The notes: a model not told the origin generated them from the sequence alone. A stretch of 64,000 nucleotides of DNA from Acetivibrionales bacterium (GCA_050953835.1 JBMNNH010000008.1:41013-105012); one strand, 5' to 3'. Shown: positions 25,661-36,019, counted from the stretch's first letter. Translations and numbers: made by a program.

Positions 25661-26137
25661 CTATTTACCAAAATAATGCTTTCCGATTTTTTTTACTATC
25701 TGCCTGCTCCATATCCATTTACTAGTGGCAGTGGCAGGATTCCAATAGTAAATGCATCCATCTGTGGGATCCCAGCCGTTCAAAGCATCTCTTGCCGCCT
25801 TTAACACTGTTGAGCCTTTGTCTATTGGTACATTTATCTGTCCATCTGATACCGCAGTAAATGCACCCGGCTGATATATTACTCCCGCAATAGTCTTAGG
25901 AAATTTTGGGTCCCTTGTACGGTTGATAATAACCGCCCCCACTGCTACCTGCCCTTCATAAGGCTCTCCCCGCGCCTCTCCGTTTATTGCCCTTGCAAGG
26001 AGCTGCTCATCACTGGTGCCTCCGCCCTGTGCATACACCAGGCCTGTCTTTCGCAAATAGTAATTGCCTCCGAAAATTGATAAGGTACATAAAATCAAAA
26101 CTACAGCAATCATGGCAATAATTTTTCCCTTTTTCAA
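25661..26137 (-). CDS. sleB: spore cortex-lytic enzyme, SleB/CwlJ hydrolase family
   Basis: ARAINGEARGEPYEGQVAVGAVIINRTRDPKFPKTIAGVIYQPGAFTAV is the hydrolase_2 signature. It has an N-terminal anchor. Confidence 0.85.
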   Translation of the reverse strand: MKKGKIIAMIAVVLILCTLSIFGGNYYLRKTGLVYAQGGGTSDEQLLARAINGEARGEPYEGQVAVGAVIINRTRDPKFPKTIAGVIYQPGAFTAVSDGQINVPIDKGSTVLKAARDALNGWDPTDGCIYYWNPATATSKWIWSRQIVKKIGKHYFGK

Positions 26138-26300
26138 AAACTATACCTCCTTTCCGCTGCAACAGTGATATTTTCTGTCATTACGTAAAAAATATTCACA
26201 TACAGCCAGAATTAGATATAGTTAATTCTTATATGCAATTTCAATATCTGTGATATTTACTTCGTGATATATACTTATATTAGAGATTTGTGCTCTGAAA

Positions 26301-27269
26301 TTAAAACAACCGTTTTACTCCGATTAGCCTGTCATTGAAGAAAGGTTCATCCAGTGATGAAATGGTAACGTAACCCTTCGATTTGCTGGCATAAAGGAAG
26401 TTTCCATCACCCAGGGCTATTCCTATATCCGATATATCATCAGAACCTGGTTCTCTGCTGAAATATACAAGATCTCCCCTGTTAATAAGCTTTTTTGAAA
26501 CCATACTGCCTGCTCTAAACTGCTCATTTGCGCTCCGTGGCAGATCCACACCATTTATTCTTGCAGAAATATAGGTCAAACCGGAGCAGTCTATGCCCCA
26601 TGTGCTTATCCCTCCCAGCAGATAGCTGGTGCCTTTTAGTTTCAATGCAGTGGCAACAAAATCTTCTGCACTTGTTTGCGGTATATGCTTTTGCACAGGA
26701 AGTTCAATGGTCCCTGTTTCACTTATCCAGCCGATAACCCTGCCGGGCAGTGCAACCTGATAAGCCCCTTCCATCTTCTTGCTTGAGTAAAACTCCGTTC
26801 CCATAACAACTTCTTTAATAGTAATTCCGCCCTGTGGCTGCGACAATACTCTCTTCGACTTTCCGGTAACTAAAACTCTGAAATTGTAGTCCTCTGCTGT
26901 TATGCTATAGCAGTCGGTGTCTGCAAACCTGGATTTGATCCATCCTGTGCAGCCGTCTGCAGTTTTTACCTTTATCCAGACCCCTTCCTCTTCCAATACT
27001 GCCACCGGCTGATTGAAAATTGCCTGTGTTATCCTTTCCGACTTAATATCAGGCTTCTTGAAAACATCCACTACAGTATCTACAATGACTGCAATATGCT
27101 CATTGGGATTTTTCGAATAACCAGAGACCTGCCCATTTCGTGCCGGGCTATCTGAAGCTTTGTCCGGGGAGGTTTCATTAAAGGCCTCTTCTGCTTTATT
27201 ATCACAGGCTGCAATAACAGCAGCAATAATAATTATTAATATAAGTAAAATTAAAATTTTCTTCTTCAC
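26301..27269 (-). CDS. lipoprotein with SH3-like repeats and C-terminal NlpC/P60 (C40) peptidase domain
   Basis: Lipobox ..AAVIAAC. Catalytic region GIDCSGLTYISARINGVDLPRSANEQ..GDLVYF..DIGIALGDGNFLYAS. Confidence 0.85.
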   Translation of the reverse strand: MKKKILILLILIIIIAAVIAACDNKAEEAFNETSPDKASDSPARNGQVSGYSKNPNEHIAVIVDTVVDVFKKPDIKSERITQAIFNQPVAVLEEEGVWIKVKTADGCTGWIKSRFADTDCYSITAEDYNFRVLVTGKSKRVLSQPQGGITIKEVVMGTEFYSSKKMEGAYQVALPGRVIGWISETGTIELPVQKHIPQTSAEDFVATALKLKGTSYLLGGISTWGIDCSGLTYISARINGVDLPRSANEQFRAGSMVSKKLINRGDLVYFSREPGSDDISDIGIALGDGNFLYASKSKGYVTISSLDEPFFNDRLIGVKRLF

Positions 27270-27280
27270 AGCTTGTCCTC

Positions 27281-29272
27281 CTAAAGCCCGATAATATTCA
27301 CCTGGTCTCCCATTATCCTGCGGACTGTTTCCACTTCCCTGGTTTTGCAGGTAAAATATACAACCTGCCTTGCCCGGGATACTTCCTTCAGATATTCAAG
27401 TGTCTGAGCAATCCTCGTGTCGTCATATTGTGCAAAAGCTTCATCCATTATAACCGGCAGCTTTTCACCGTTTTCCTCAATCAGTTCCAATGCCGCAAGC
27501 CTGAGGGCAAAATACATCTGGTCAACGGTTCCGCCGCTTAAATCTAAAGCAGAACACACACTCTCTGTTTCAGGCAATATTGTTTTCAAACAAAGCCTAT
27601 CATCTGTCCTTAAGTCTCTATAATGGCCCCCTGTTATTCTGCCGATAATCTCTCCCATTCTTTTATTCAGCCTTGGAACAAAATCTTCCTGTATTTCTTC
27701 TGCAGCCTCAGCCAGGACATCTATTGCGGTTTTTAAAGCTAATTCCAGTTCAGCCAGGCTGTTTTTTGTTTCTTCCAGTCCGGCAATTTCTTCCTCAACC
27801 CTCTGGATCTCTTCATTATCCGGTATCCCCCGCAGCAACGTTTCATACTCTTTTATTCTTAAAGATAATGTGCTCATGCTGCTGCAAGTATTGTCGTAAT
27901 CATATTCCCATACTTCTTCCATCCTGCTTATATCCGAAGCAGTCAGATCCAGCCCCAAATTGTCTATCAGGTTGGCTGTTTCATCACTGTAGCCATACAT
28001 GCCGTTATTTGATTCCTTCCATTTTTCGCCCATTCTTTGAACTGAGGCGTTCAAATTATGCTCCATATCACATGTCCTGTAATCAATCCCGTCAAGTGCA
28101 GCCTGCATACTGCTGTAGTCTTTTATGTGCACGCCGCATTCAGCTGAAAGGCGGCTCAATATATCATTGAGTTCATCTTTGAGCATAATAATCTCAGACG
28201 TCCTTTGACCCTGCTTTTTACCTGCATTTATCTTTAACAAAACAGAAACAAGAATAATCAATGCCGCTGCAGCCGTTCCGATAAAAAATATTGTGGATAT
28301 AATAAAGCCTGCTGCGCAAAACAATACTGCAATTGCAGTAAAAACTGCGAGAGCATAATTTACCGGTGATTCTCTTCTGTCCTTGCTGCCAGTATTTCCG
28401 TGACTCAGCAAAGCCTGCTGCAGCATTTTTTCCCTGCTTTGCACATCTTTCAGGTTTTTCCTCAGTATCCCGCAAACTTTATTATTTCTAATAATATCCT
28501 TCTTGATATCAATAAGCCTTTTCACTTCTTCCAGCATGTCTTTTCTTGCTTCAAGGCGGGCTTTTTCATTCTCCGCCTCATCCAGGGCAACTTGGGTAGC
28601 CAGAAGTGATTCCCTTTCCTCTTTTAGACTGCTTTTAGCCTTACGAAGAGATTCGAGCCTTTCGTTAACCCTGTCCATCGGCCTGGTTGAAGTCTTTTCT
28701 GTGCCAACATGTTCTTTAAGGGCATCCCTCAGTGCCTTGTCAGCTCTTTGATAGGATATACTTTCAAAACCCGTCTGGCTTATGTTGACCAGCCTGTTTA
28801 AAAGCTCCCTGCTTCCCTCAGCGTAAATTTTTGTCTGCATCTGCCCTATAAAAGCGGTACTGTTGAAACACTCTTCATTCAAGCCAAGCTGTTTTTCAGC
28901 AAAATGAGTGTTTTTTGATCTGCCGACGCTGTAGACACCGGTGATATCATTCAACTGTGAGTCAAAGAGCTTCATACTGCCTTCCTCAAAATCTCTTTCA
29001 ACTCTGTATGCTTTTCCATCATCCAGCCGGTACTCAAGAATACCTCCATAAACATCACAGCGCCAGGGCTTGTACCTTCTTAGAGGCGGCAATGCCCCCT
29101 CTTTAGAAGCCCGTCCCCCCTTCAAGCCAAATAACATGCCTTTGATAAACCATTGGACGGTAGTTTTGCCTGATTCATTCTCTCCATAGAAAACATTCAG
29201 CCCTCTTTTAAGGTTTACGGTTATATTCACAATTTTTCCAAAACCCTTAATAACCAGTCTTTCTATATACAT
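27281..29272 (-). CDS. SMC/SbcC-like AAA ATPase (YhaN/SbcE-like) with central hydrophobic hairpin
   Basis: Walker A GENESGKTT, coiled-coil segments, signature/Walker B LSGGTVDQMYFALRLA..PVIMDEAF, and a hydrophobic stretch at aa 306-347. Confidence 0.8.
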   Translation of the reverse strand: MYIERLVIKGFGKIVNITVNLKRGLNVFYGENESGKTTVQWFIKGMLFGLKGGRASKEGALPPLRRYKPWRCDVYGGILEYRLDDGKAYRVERDFEEGSMKLFDSQLNDITGVYSVGRSKNTHFAEKQLGLNEECFNSTAFIGQMQTKIYAEGSRELLNRLVNISQTGFESISYQRADKALRDALKEHVGTEKTSTRPMDRVNERLESLRKAKSSLKEERESLLATQVALDEAENEKARLEARKDMLEEVKRLIDIKKDIIRNNKVCGILRKNLKDVQSREKMLQQALLSHGNTGSKDRRESPVNYALAVFTAIAVLFCAAGFIISTIFFIGTAAAALIILVSVLLKINAGKKQGQRTSEIIMLKDELNDILSRLSAECGVHIKDYSSMQAALDGIDYRTCDMEHNLNASVQRMGEKWKESNNGMYGYSDETANLIDNLGLDLTASDISRMEEVWEYDYDNTCSSMSTLSLRIKEYETLLRGIPDNEEIQRVEEEIAGLEETKNSLAELELALKTAIDVLAEAAEEIQEDFVPRLNKRMGEIIGRITGGHYRDLRTDDRLCLKTILPETESVCSALDLSGGTVDQMYFALRLAALELIEENGEKLPVIMDEAFAQYDDTRIAQTLEYLKEVSRARQVVYFTCKTREVETVRRIMGDQVNIIGL

Positions 29273-29278
29273 TGGACC

Positions 29279-30433
29279 TCACTCTTGTCTGACAGTTATT
29301 TCGCCCTTTTCCAAGCCTTCCATTCCCATGTAAAGCGCTTTTCTCAGAATGTCCGCTCTTTTCTTATCATCACAGCTTTCTATAAGGGAAAGCATCTTGC
29401 GTACAAAAAGCCCTCGCAATCCGGGTTCTGACTTCATGGTTTCAAAATCATAATCCGGTATAGTTTCGTCTACTAATTTCATAAAAAATATTTTATCATC
29501 AAACTGTGAAGAAATATATTCCTTGCCGACCTTGTACCCCTGTTCCACATAACCTCTAAGTACTACACGTGCCAGGACAGAGGAGCAGTCTTTTCCATTC
29601 AAAGCTTCGGATACCTTTTGAATAATCTGCTCATCGTTGTTGCATCCATTAGCATCAATTTCAATATGCTCATAGCTTTTTTCATTCACATAGACAGGTC
29701 TCACTTTCAAAGATGCCTTTTCTCTTGTCTCCTTTGATATGGTTCCTATTAATACGGAATGTTCGCCTATTTCATCAAATCCTAAGGGCTCAGGGCTCCC
29801 AGGATTATATATGGTACCCCTGCTTCCTGATGCACAAAACTGTTTATGGAAATGGCCAAGCCCTATATAGTCCACTCCAAGAGAATCAAGCCAGCTGCTC
29901 TCAAAAGGGTTGTATATATTTTTGCCGATGTTCATATCAACCGTCCCATGAATAAGAAGTATGTTAATCAATGCGGCATTTACGGGCTCTGTCCCATCTA
30001 TAAGCGGACCCATCCCGCTCCGGCCGTCCAGGCCTGCCCCGTATATTCGGACACCCATATCTTCCGGAGTAAACACTGGATTATCGGCATTTAGTATATA
30101 TACATTATTGCTCCACTCATAATTCCTATAGTAAGAATCAATGGTGTATGGGTCATGGTTTCCGGGTATTATAAAGATTTTTATATCCGGAATAGTCTTG
30201 AATCCTTCATTAATGAAATTTATGGTTGACTTTCTGACATAATCATGCTCATATAAATCGCCGCCTATTAAAACCAAATCCACCTTCTCCATGTCGGCGA
30301 CCTGAATAATCCTTCTAAAGACCTTCTTCAGGTCTTTCCTTCTTGTAAGGGATTTTCCGTTTCCAGCTCCTATTGAAGAGAACGGCATGTCCAAGTGCAG
30401 GTCGGAAAAGTGGAGAAACTTTATTCTTTCCAT
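29279..30433 (-). CDS. metallophosphoesterase DNA-repair exonuclease (SbcD/YhaO-like)
   Basis: HFSDLHLD, GGDLYEH, GNHD, GHFH calcineurin-like motifs. It is adjacent to the SbcC-like ATPase. Confidence 0.85.
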   Translation of the reverse strand: MERIKFLHFSDLHLDMPFSSIGAGNGKSLTRRKDLKKVFRRIIQVADMEKVDLVLIGGDLYEHDYVRKSTINFINEGFKTIPDIKIFIIPGNHDPYTIDSYYRNYEWSNNVYILNADNPVFTPEDMGVRIYGAGLDGRSGMGPLIDGTEPVNAALINILLIHGTVDMNIGKNIYNPFESSWLDSLGVDYIGLGHFHKQFCASGSRGTIYNPGSPEPLGFDEIGEHSVLIGTISKETREKASLKVRPVYVNEKSYEHIEIDANGCNNDEQIIQKVSEALNGKDCSSVLARVVLRGYVEQGYKVGKEYISSQFDDKIFFMKLVDETIPDYDFETMKSEPGLRGLFVRKMLSLIESCDDKKRADILRKALYMGMEGLEKGEITVRQE

Positions 30434-30817
30434 TCAGGACACCTCTATAACGGCATATGCAACCGCATAATCCTTGCAGTGTGACAGGCTCAGTGAAATG
30501 CTTTCCCCATTTATTTTCTCAAATATTTCCCTGCACTTATTATGCAAAACCACATATGGTTTACCAAACTCGTCATTCAATATCTCAATATCCTTCAGTG
30601 ATACACCCTGCCCTATACCTGTTCCGAAAGCCTTTGATACTGCTTCTTTTGCAGCAAACCTGGCAGCATAGCTCTCATACTTTACATTCTTCTTCAATTC
30701 ACAGTATTCTATTTCCCTATCGGTAAAAACCCTGTCCCTAAAGGCATTATTTCCCTCTCCGACAGATTTCTTTATCCTGTCAATCTCTATTATGTCTACA
30801 CCGCAACGAATACTCAA
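30434..30817 (-). CDS. acpS: holo-[acyl-carrier-protein] synthase
   Basis: GVDIIEIDRI..FTDREIEY..YAARFAAKEAVSKAFGTGI. TTG at 30817 with AGGAAGG 8 nt upstream is preferred over GTG at 30826. Confidence 0.85.
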   Translation of the reverse strand: MSIRCGVDIIEIDRIKKSVGEGNNAFRDRVFTDREIEYCELKKNVKYESYAARFAAKEAVSKAFGTGIGQGVSLKDIEILNDEFGKPYVVLHNKCREIFEKINGESISLSLSHCKDYAVAYAVIEVS

Positions 30818-30910
30818 AAAAAGCACCTTCCTGGTTAATCAATCTATATTTAATAGTACCACATTTTAAATACAGATTCGACACAAAACCATTTTTCCTT
30901 TTAGTTTCTT

Positions 30911-31600
30911 TTATTCCGCTTTTTCCCCCAGCAGGTGTTGGGCCTTTGCCTGTGCTCTTTCTCTGGCACAATTCAAATCAAGCCTTGCTATCTTAAGTTC
31001 TATATTTGCATCACCCAATGAACTAATTGCTCTGGCCTGTGCAGCCTTTCTGCTGACAAGCTCCCTTGCCCTTTCCATACATCTGCTAAGCTGCTCAAGA
31101 TTAGTATTGGTACCGGCATATCCCGCATTGATTGAATTGATTTTCTCCCTTAAAGAGGCTATTTTTGCCTGGGATTTCAGGGACTTTAGCTCTTCAATCC
31201 TTGCGTTCATATCTGCTTCAAACACCCTGTAGTCACTTTTTATCCTTTCCACTTCCGACAAGGCATTACTATAGGCCGATTTATTTTCTTCACAGGCGTT
31301 TTCAAGCTCTTCCTCCCTAATAAGCAGTTCTATAAGAAGTTCCTTATCTTTCCTTTGCGCAGCCGCCTCTATCCTTGACCTGACAGTATCCAGCTTTTTC
31401 TCAGTATTCTTCATTTCAAGCTTCATCATCTCAGCATTGGTTTGTATTTCAATTATTTGCTCTTCTGCTTCCTTCCTGACTTTTTGAATTCTGCTGCTGA
31501 TATCTTCAAAAAGAATATCAGGATTCCTTTCTTCAATATTACCGACAAACAAGCTGAAAAAACCACGCAATAAAACTCCGCACCTTCTTATAAAGCCCAT
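30911..31600 (-). CDS. pspA: PspA/IM30-family protein
   Basis: A long heptad coiled coil with a PspA-like N-terminus (MGFIRR..NIEERNPDILFE). ATG at 31600 has GGGAGAGG 7 nt upstream. Confidence 0.7.
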   Translation of the reverse strand: MGFIRRCGVLLRGFFSLFVGNIEERNPDILFEDISSRIQKVRKEAEEQIIEIQTNAEMMKLEMKNTEKKLDTVRSRIEAAAQRKDKELLIELLIREEELENACEENKSAYSNALSEVERIKSDYRVFEADMNARIEELKSLKSQAKIASLREKINSINAGYAGTNTNLEQLSRCMERARELVSRKAAQARAISSLGDANIELKIARLDLNCARERAQAKAQHLLGEKAE

Positions 31601-31775
31601 AAACAAACCTCTCCCGATTTCAGAATTTTACAGAGTATAATTTCTACTTTGTTAACTGTAGTAATAGCTCCCCTGTTTATTCTTATGACATTCAAGCAGG
31701 AAAAATTAATATTTCCACACTAAAAGCAGGAAAATTACGGTCAGGAAATAATTATCCGGGAGGCTTGGCAGTTAA

Positions 31776-32459
31776 TTAAAGACCCTGTGTTTTCTTAATG
31801 GCTTTTATTATTGTCTCCTGTTGGTTTATTATATGATTTATAGCAGTATTTTTTGCCTGGTCGTTATCTTTTTTTTCAATAGCATCAATTATTTTCTGGT
31901 GTTCCCTGAAAACTTCCATACCGCTGCTGTAGTCCTTTAGATAAATAACCCTGAATCTCTGAACCTGTTCCCTTAGATTGTTAATAATCTGTAAAAGCTT
32001 TTCATTCCTGGATGCACGGTAAATAATATCATGGAACTCTACATCTTTTTTTATTGAACCCTGAAGGTTCTCCTTTAATATATACCTTTCAAACTGTGCA
32101 TTCACTTGTTTCAATTCCTTCAGTTCATCGTCGGTAATCCTGTCGGCTGACAAGCCTGTTGCAAATCCGTCCAGTGTTGCTCTGAGTTCAAGCACGTCCA
32201 TTATATCCTTAATTGATAAATCGGCTACATGCGCACCCCTTCGGGGAATCATTTTTACAAGGCCTTCAAGCTCCAGTTTTCTAATGGCTTCCCTCACAGG
32301 AGTTCTGCTAACACCCATCTTTTCTGCAAGCTGGACCTCCATAAGCCTTTCGCCTGGTTTTAACTCCCCGACAATAATGGCCTCTCTTAATGTGTTGAAA
32401 ATTACTTCCCTTAAAGGTTTGTAATCATTGAAACTTACTTTTGATAATCTGCCTGCCAT
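31776..32459 (-). CDS. GntR-family transcriptional regulator (FadR/FCD subfamily)
   Basis: wHTH ERLMEVQLAEKMGVSRTPVREAIRKLELEGLV plus an FCD-type C-terminal helical domain. Confidence 0.85.
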   Translation of the reverse strand: MAGRLSKVSFNDYKPLREVIFNTLREAIIVGELKPGERLMEVQLAEKMGVSRTPVREAIRKLELEGLVKMIPRRGAHVADLSIKDIMDVLELRATLDGFATGLSADRITDDELKELKQVNAQFERYILKENLQGSIKKDVEFHDIIYRASRNEKLLQIINNLREQVQRFRVIYLKDYSSGMEVFREHQKIIDAIEKKDNDQAKNTAINHIINQQETIIKAIKKTQGL

Positions 32460-33328
32460 TACTTATCTCCTCCCACAAAAGTTTCTGTTAAACAACTATA
32501 CCAATTACAGCTTTTAATTGAATTATATGCAAGCCTGGCCGCATGCCTGCCTTCAAATATACCGAACACGGTAGGCCCGCTTCCGCTCATTAAACTTCCT
32601 GCTGCCCCAAGGCTTAACAGTCTTTCCTTAATCTCACCTATCACGGGATATTTCTTTATAGTCACCGTCTCAAGCACGTTCACCATGTTTCTGGCTAAAT
32701 CCCTGAAATTCCCTTCAGTGATTGCTTTTAGCAGCCTGTCTGTATCCGGCCTTTGCCTTACTTTATCTAGATCCAGGTTTTCATATACCCATTTTGTCGA
32801 TATATGGATTTTCGGCTTAATCAAAACAATGTGCAATCTGGGCAGCGCCTGCAGCTCTGTTAAAAGCTCCCCAATACCTTCAGCCAATGCAGTTCTGCCC
32901 ATAATACAGTACGGTACATCAGCTCCTACCTGTTTTCCGATAGCCATTAATTCCCTTTCGCCCAACTTCAGATCAAACAACCGGTTCATACCTTTAATAA
33001 CAGCTGCAGCGTCGGAGCTTCCTCCTGCAAGTCCCGCAGCAACAGGGATCCTCTTTCTGATTTTTATCCTTATCCCTTTGCTTATACTAAACCTGTTCTT
33101 AATCAGTTCAGCTGCTCTATATACAGTATTGCCACTTCCCGCAGGCAGCCATGGACAATCGGTAACAACCTGAATACCTTTAGGAATAATATCAAGTGAA
33201 ATACGGTCATGTAATTGCACAAGCTGCATTATCATTTTCACTTCGTGGTACCCGTCTTCTCTTTTGCGTAAAACATCAAGCGACAGGTTTATTTTTGCCC
33301 TTGCCTTCATTTCGGCGGAGTTCATCAC
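32459..33328 (-). CDS. ispE: 4-diphosphocytidyl-2-C-methyl-D-erythritol kinase
   Basis: KINLSLDV, GHMP motif PVAAGLAGGSSDAAA, MSGSGPTVFG. Confidence 0.9.
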   Translation of the reverse strand: MMNSAEMKARAKINLSLDVLRKREDGYHEVKMIMQLVQLHDRISLDIIPKGIQVVTDCPWLPAGSGNTVYRAAELIKNRFSISKGIRIKIRKRIPVAAGLAGGSSDAAAVIKGMNRLFDLKLGERELMAIGKQVGADVPYCIMGRTALAEGIGELLTELQALPRLHIVLIKPKIHISTKWVYENLDLDKVRQRPDTDRLLKAITEGNFRDLARNMVNVLETVTIKKYPVIGEIKERLLSLGAAGSLMSGSGPTVFGIFEGRHAARLAYNSIKSCNWYSCLTETFVGGDK

Positions 33329-33411
33329 ACATCTCCTTGTTAAATAATAATCTGTAATCTATACCCCTTTCTTCTTTGCATATTATATACAAAAAACAAT
33401 CTAATTTCAAC

Positions 33412-33446
33412 AAAAAGTGCCTGAAATTCAACTTCAGGCACTTTTT
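33412..33446 (-). terminator. bidirectional terminator downstream of the LysM gene
   Basis: aaaaaGTGCCTGAAattcaacTTCAGGCACttttt. Confidence 0.8.
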
Positions 33447-33475
33447 ATTTCTAAATTATTCACTTTTTGTACAAT

Positions 33476-35047
33476 TTAATTAATCTTCCTTCTGGGAATA
33501 ATAACCTGTTGTCCAGCAACTGCAGTATCACCTTCCCCAAGATTATTTGCTCTCCTCAGGTCATCTACAGTGGTAAAATACCTTTTTGCAATACTCCAAA
33601 GAGTATCACCCGGCTGTGTAAAGTATATTATGACACTGGGACGTTCATCCAGGCTTCTTTCGTCCAATTCAATTTCTTCCACACTATCCAGAAGAGGGAC
33701 TTCAATTCTCCTTGAAACCTTTACTGCAGCCTTAATCATTGCCCTAATTTCAACTCTACGGGCAGACTGCAGACTATAGTTACAGTGCTCCACGCTTAAA
33801 TCCACATCACAATGCATTTCCTTGCCTAACACTGGGATATGGATTTCCTCTTCAAAGGGTATCTCCTTTATTCCGCAAGAAACCGGCTGTTCACTGTTTT
33901 CCGGCAAGTAAAGCACGTTGTTGTTTACGACCCCCTCTATTATAACTTTGCCGTCATAGACCCTATAATCCGAAAGGGCAGATTTGCATAGCACATTTAA
34001 TAGTTCCTGTATTTCCGGGTTTTCCTCCTGTACTTCAAAAACATCTTTGACAGCTATCTGATGCATTCTTTCTTCAACAATTTCCTCCATATCAATAGCC
34101 TTTTGTTCTAAATCAAGCCTCCTATCGGGGCTGTATGCGTCTGAAATAATTTCTACATCCCTGTCTTCATAACCCTCGGCCGACATAACTATGGTTGCCT
34201 GGGCTTTTATGCTCCTTAATTCTCCATCGCCGTCCTCTTCCGGGTCAAATTGCAAATTGCTTATGGAATAATCAACCCTGCAGTTGGAGTTCTCATTTAT
34301 TCCAGGGAAATCAATAATATGTGTAAAAGGTATCCCATGCTCCATGAACTGGATTGTTTCCTGTTCATCATCTCCGGTATAGAGTGTCGAAATATTTAAT
34401 TCACCTTTTGCAATAACCTTGTTTTCGGTTAGCTTAACATCTTTTTCGCTGATTCTTACATCTGTCCTTAAGATTTCCTTTATGGTCGGTTTTTCTAACG
34501 GAATTTCCAGTATTTCATTGATATCACAATGCTCCTGACTACTGCCAAGATAAGAGTTTATACAATATTTGCCCCTTAGAACCTGTATATTATCCAGACC
34601 TACAAGGTCGCTTGCCACCTGGTATTCAACCTCATTAACCACTTTTCCGTCAACCTTCACTATGGCTTTGACATTTATTTTCCTGCCGTTTAAAATTTCA
34701 TATTCCAAGTGTTCCAAATCACATTTTACCCTGCACTTCATTCCCTGCTCCGAATCAGCTATATCAAGGCTATATGAAAAATCTGTACTGGTGTTTATGC
34801 CCTTTACCGAATTCACTTCATCCTCTGGCACATAAAGGATTCTATAATTAATAGTAGCGTTGATAAGAACCTTGTTTTGTATTACCTCACTGCTGTTAAC
34901 AAAAACATCTCCATCCAACAGAAGAATATGTGCAATATCCGGCTTTATATCCGGAACAATAATATCACTATCAACAACTGTCTGGGAAGTTTCAGAACCT
35001 ATTACCTGGTTGAGCCTTATTGCTTCTCTAACAAGTTCGAGAGACAT
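33476..35047 (-). CDS. sporulation LysM protein (SipL/SpoVID-like)
   Basis: C-terminal LysM (GDTLWSIAKRYFTTVDDLRRANNL). Its position between veg and ispE resembles C. difficile sipL (recalled). ATG at 35047 has AGGAGGAGG 8 nt upstream. Confidence 0.6.
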   Translation of the reverse strand: MSLELVREAIRLNQVIGSETSQTVVDSDIIVPDIKPDIAHILLLDGDVFVNSSEVIQNKVLINATINYRILYVPEDEVNSVKGINTSTDFSYSLDIADSEQGMKCRVKCDLEHLEYEILNGRKINVKAIVKVDGKVVNEVEYQVASDLVGLDNIQVLRGKYCINSYLGSSQEHCDINEILEIPLEKPTIKEILRTDVRISEKDVKLTENKVIAKGELNISTLYTGDDEQETIQFMEHGIPFTHIIDFPGINENSNCRVDYSISNLQFDPEEDGDGELRSIKAQATIVMSAEGYEDRDVEIISDAYSPDRRLDLEQKAIDMEEIVEERMHQIAVKDVFEVQEENPEIQELLNVLCKSALSDYRVYDGKVIIEGVVNNNVLYLPENSEQPVSCGIKEIPFEEEIHIPVLGKEMHCDVDLSVEHCNYSLQSARRVEIRAMIKAAVKVSRRIEVPLLDSVEEIELDERSLDERPSVIIYFTQPGDTLWSIAKRYFTTVDDLRRANNLGEGDTAVAGQQVIIPRRKIN

Positions 35048-35152
35048 ATTCCAATCCTCCTCCTGTATTACTTGCAATATTTTGCAGATTGAGTAAATTA
35101 ATCACTTAATAATATATATTGACAAGGCGTATAAAATATTACTGAAGGCAAC

Positions 35153-35187
35153 AAAAAAACAGCCGTTTCTTTTCGGCTGCTTTTTTT
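35153..35187 (-). terminator. bidirectional terminator downstream of veg
   Basis: aaaaaaaCAGCCGtttcttttCGGCTGcttttttt. Confidence 0.8.
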
Positions 35188-35221
35188 GTTAAATGCAACT
35201 AATAACCATACTCCAAACCTG

Positions 35222-35497
35222 TCAACAGACTTCTATTTTTTTATCGCCCTTATAAACAACCAGCTCAACTGCTTTAGTTAGTATATCCGTATAACTGTAT
35301 GAAACTCTCCTTGTAGTATCATAATCATTTTCAAACTTTACTATAAAAATACTTGGATAAGACTTTTCCAATATTCCCTCTTTAATAAATGCTTTTTTTC
35401 TTCCTTTATTCGCCTTAAGCTGGACTTTTTGACCTACACAGGTTTCAATGTCTTTTTTTATTTGGAATAGGTCACCCTTTTCTATCATTGGTATCAC
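35222..35497 (-). CDS. veg: Veg (DUF1021) protein
   Basis: IKKDIETCVGQKVQLKANKGRKK..EGILEKSYPSIFIV..RVSYSYTDILTKAVELV parallels B. subtilis Veg. Confidence 0.9.
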   Translation of the reverse strand: MIPMIEKGDLFQIKKDIETCVGQKVQLKANKGRKKAFIKEGILEKSYPSIFIVKFENDYDTTRRVSYSYTDILTKAVELVVYKGDKKIEVC

Positions 35498-35667
35498 CTC
35501 ATCTTCTGTTTAATTGCACTCGCACATACTTAATCATTATAACACGTATAAGTGTACTTTGTCAAAAAAAATATATATTATAACAATAACTATTTAATTA
35601 TGTCAAGTGTTTTTTGAAAAAAGTATAATTTCCCTATAAATTTTCCTGTATTAACGATTGGGAAATA

Positions 35668-35958
35668 TCAGAAATAGCTTTTTTTAGAGTGGTTTTTCCG
35701 CAGTGAAGAACTAATCTCACAGGATTTCTTTTGTGCCGGCATGAAACAATTCCTTGTATATTCCCTGACACTCTGCTCACTTTGCTTTTCCAGATCTGCT
35801 TCTGGTGCATCGGCTTCAATTCTGTATGAAATTCCTTTGAGAATTGCAATGGTTTCTTTTTCGTCCCTTTTTATGTCAACAATCTTAAAAAAGATATCCT
35901 TGCCATATGATTTCCTGGCTACAATATCTCCGATTTTCAAATTGTCCATTTCTTTCAC
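35668..35958 (-). pseudogene. yabG: yabG N-terminal fragment (sporulation protease YabG truncated to ~1/3 length) or stand-alone N-domain
   Basis: LKIGDIVARKSYGKDIFFKIVDIKRDEKETIAILKGISYRIEADAPEADL parallels the B. subtilis YabG N-terminus (from memory). Only ~460 bp lie between this start and veg, too short for a ~290-aa peptidase. Confidence 0.6.
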
Positions 35959-36019
35959 CCTTATATCTATACTTATACAATATCATATGTTAAAGGCTTA
36001 TGTTGTGTGATATCAAATA

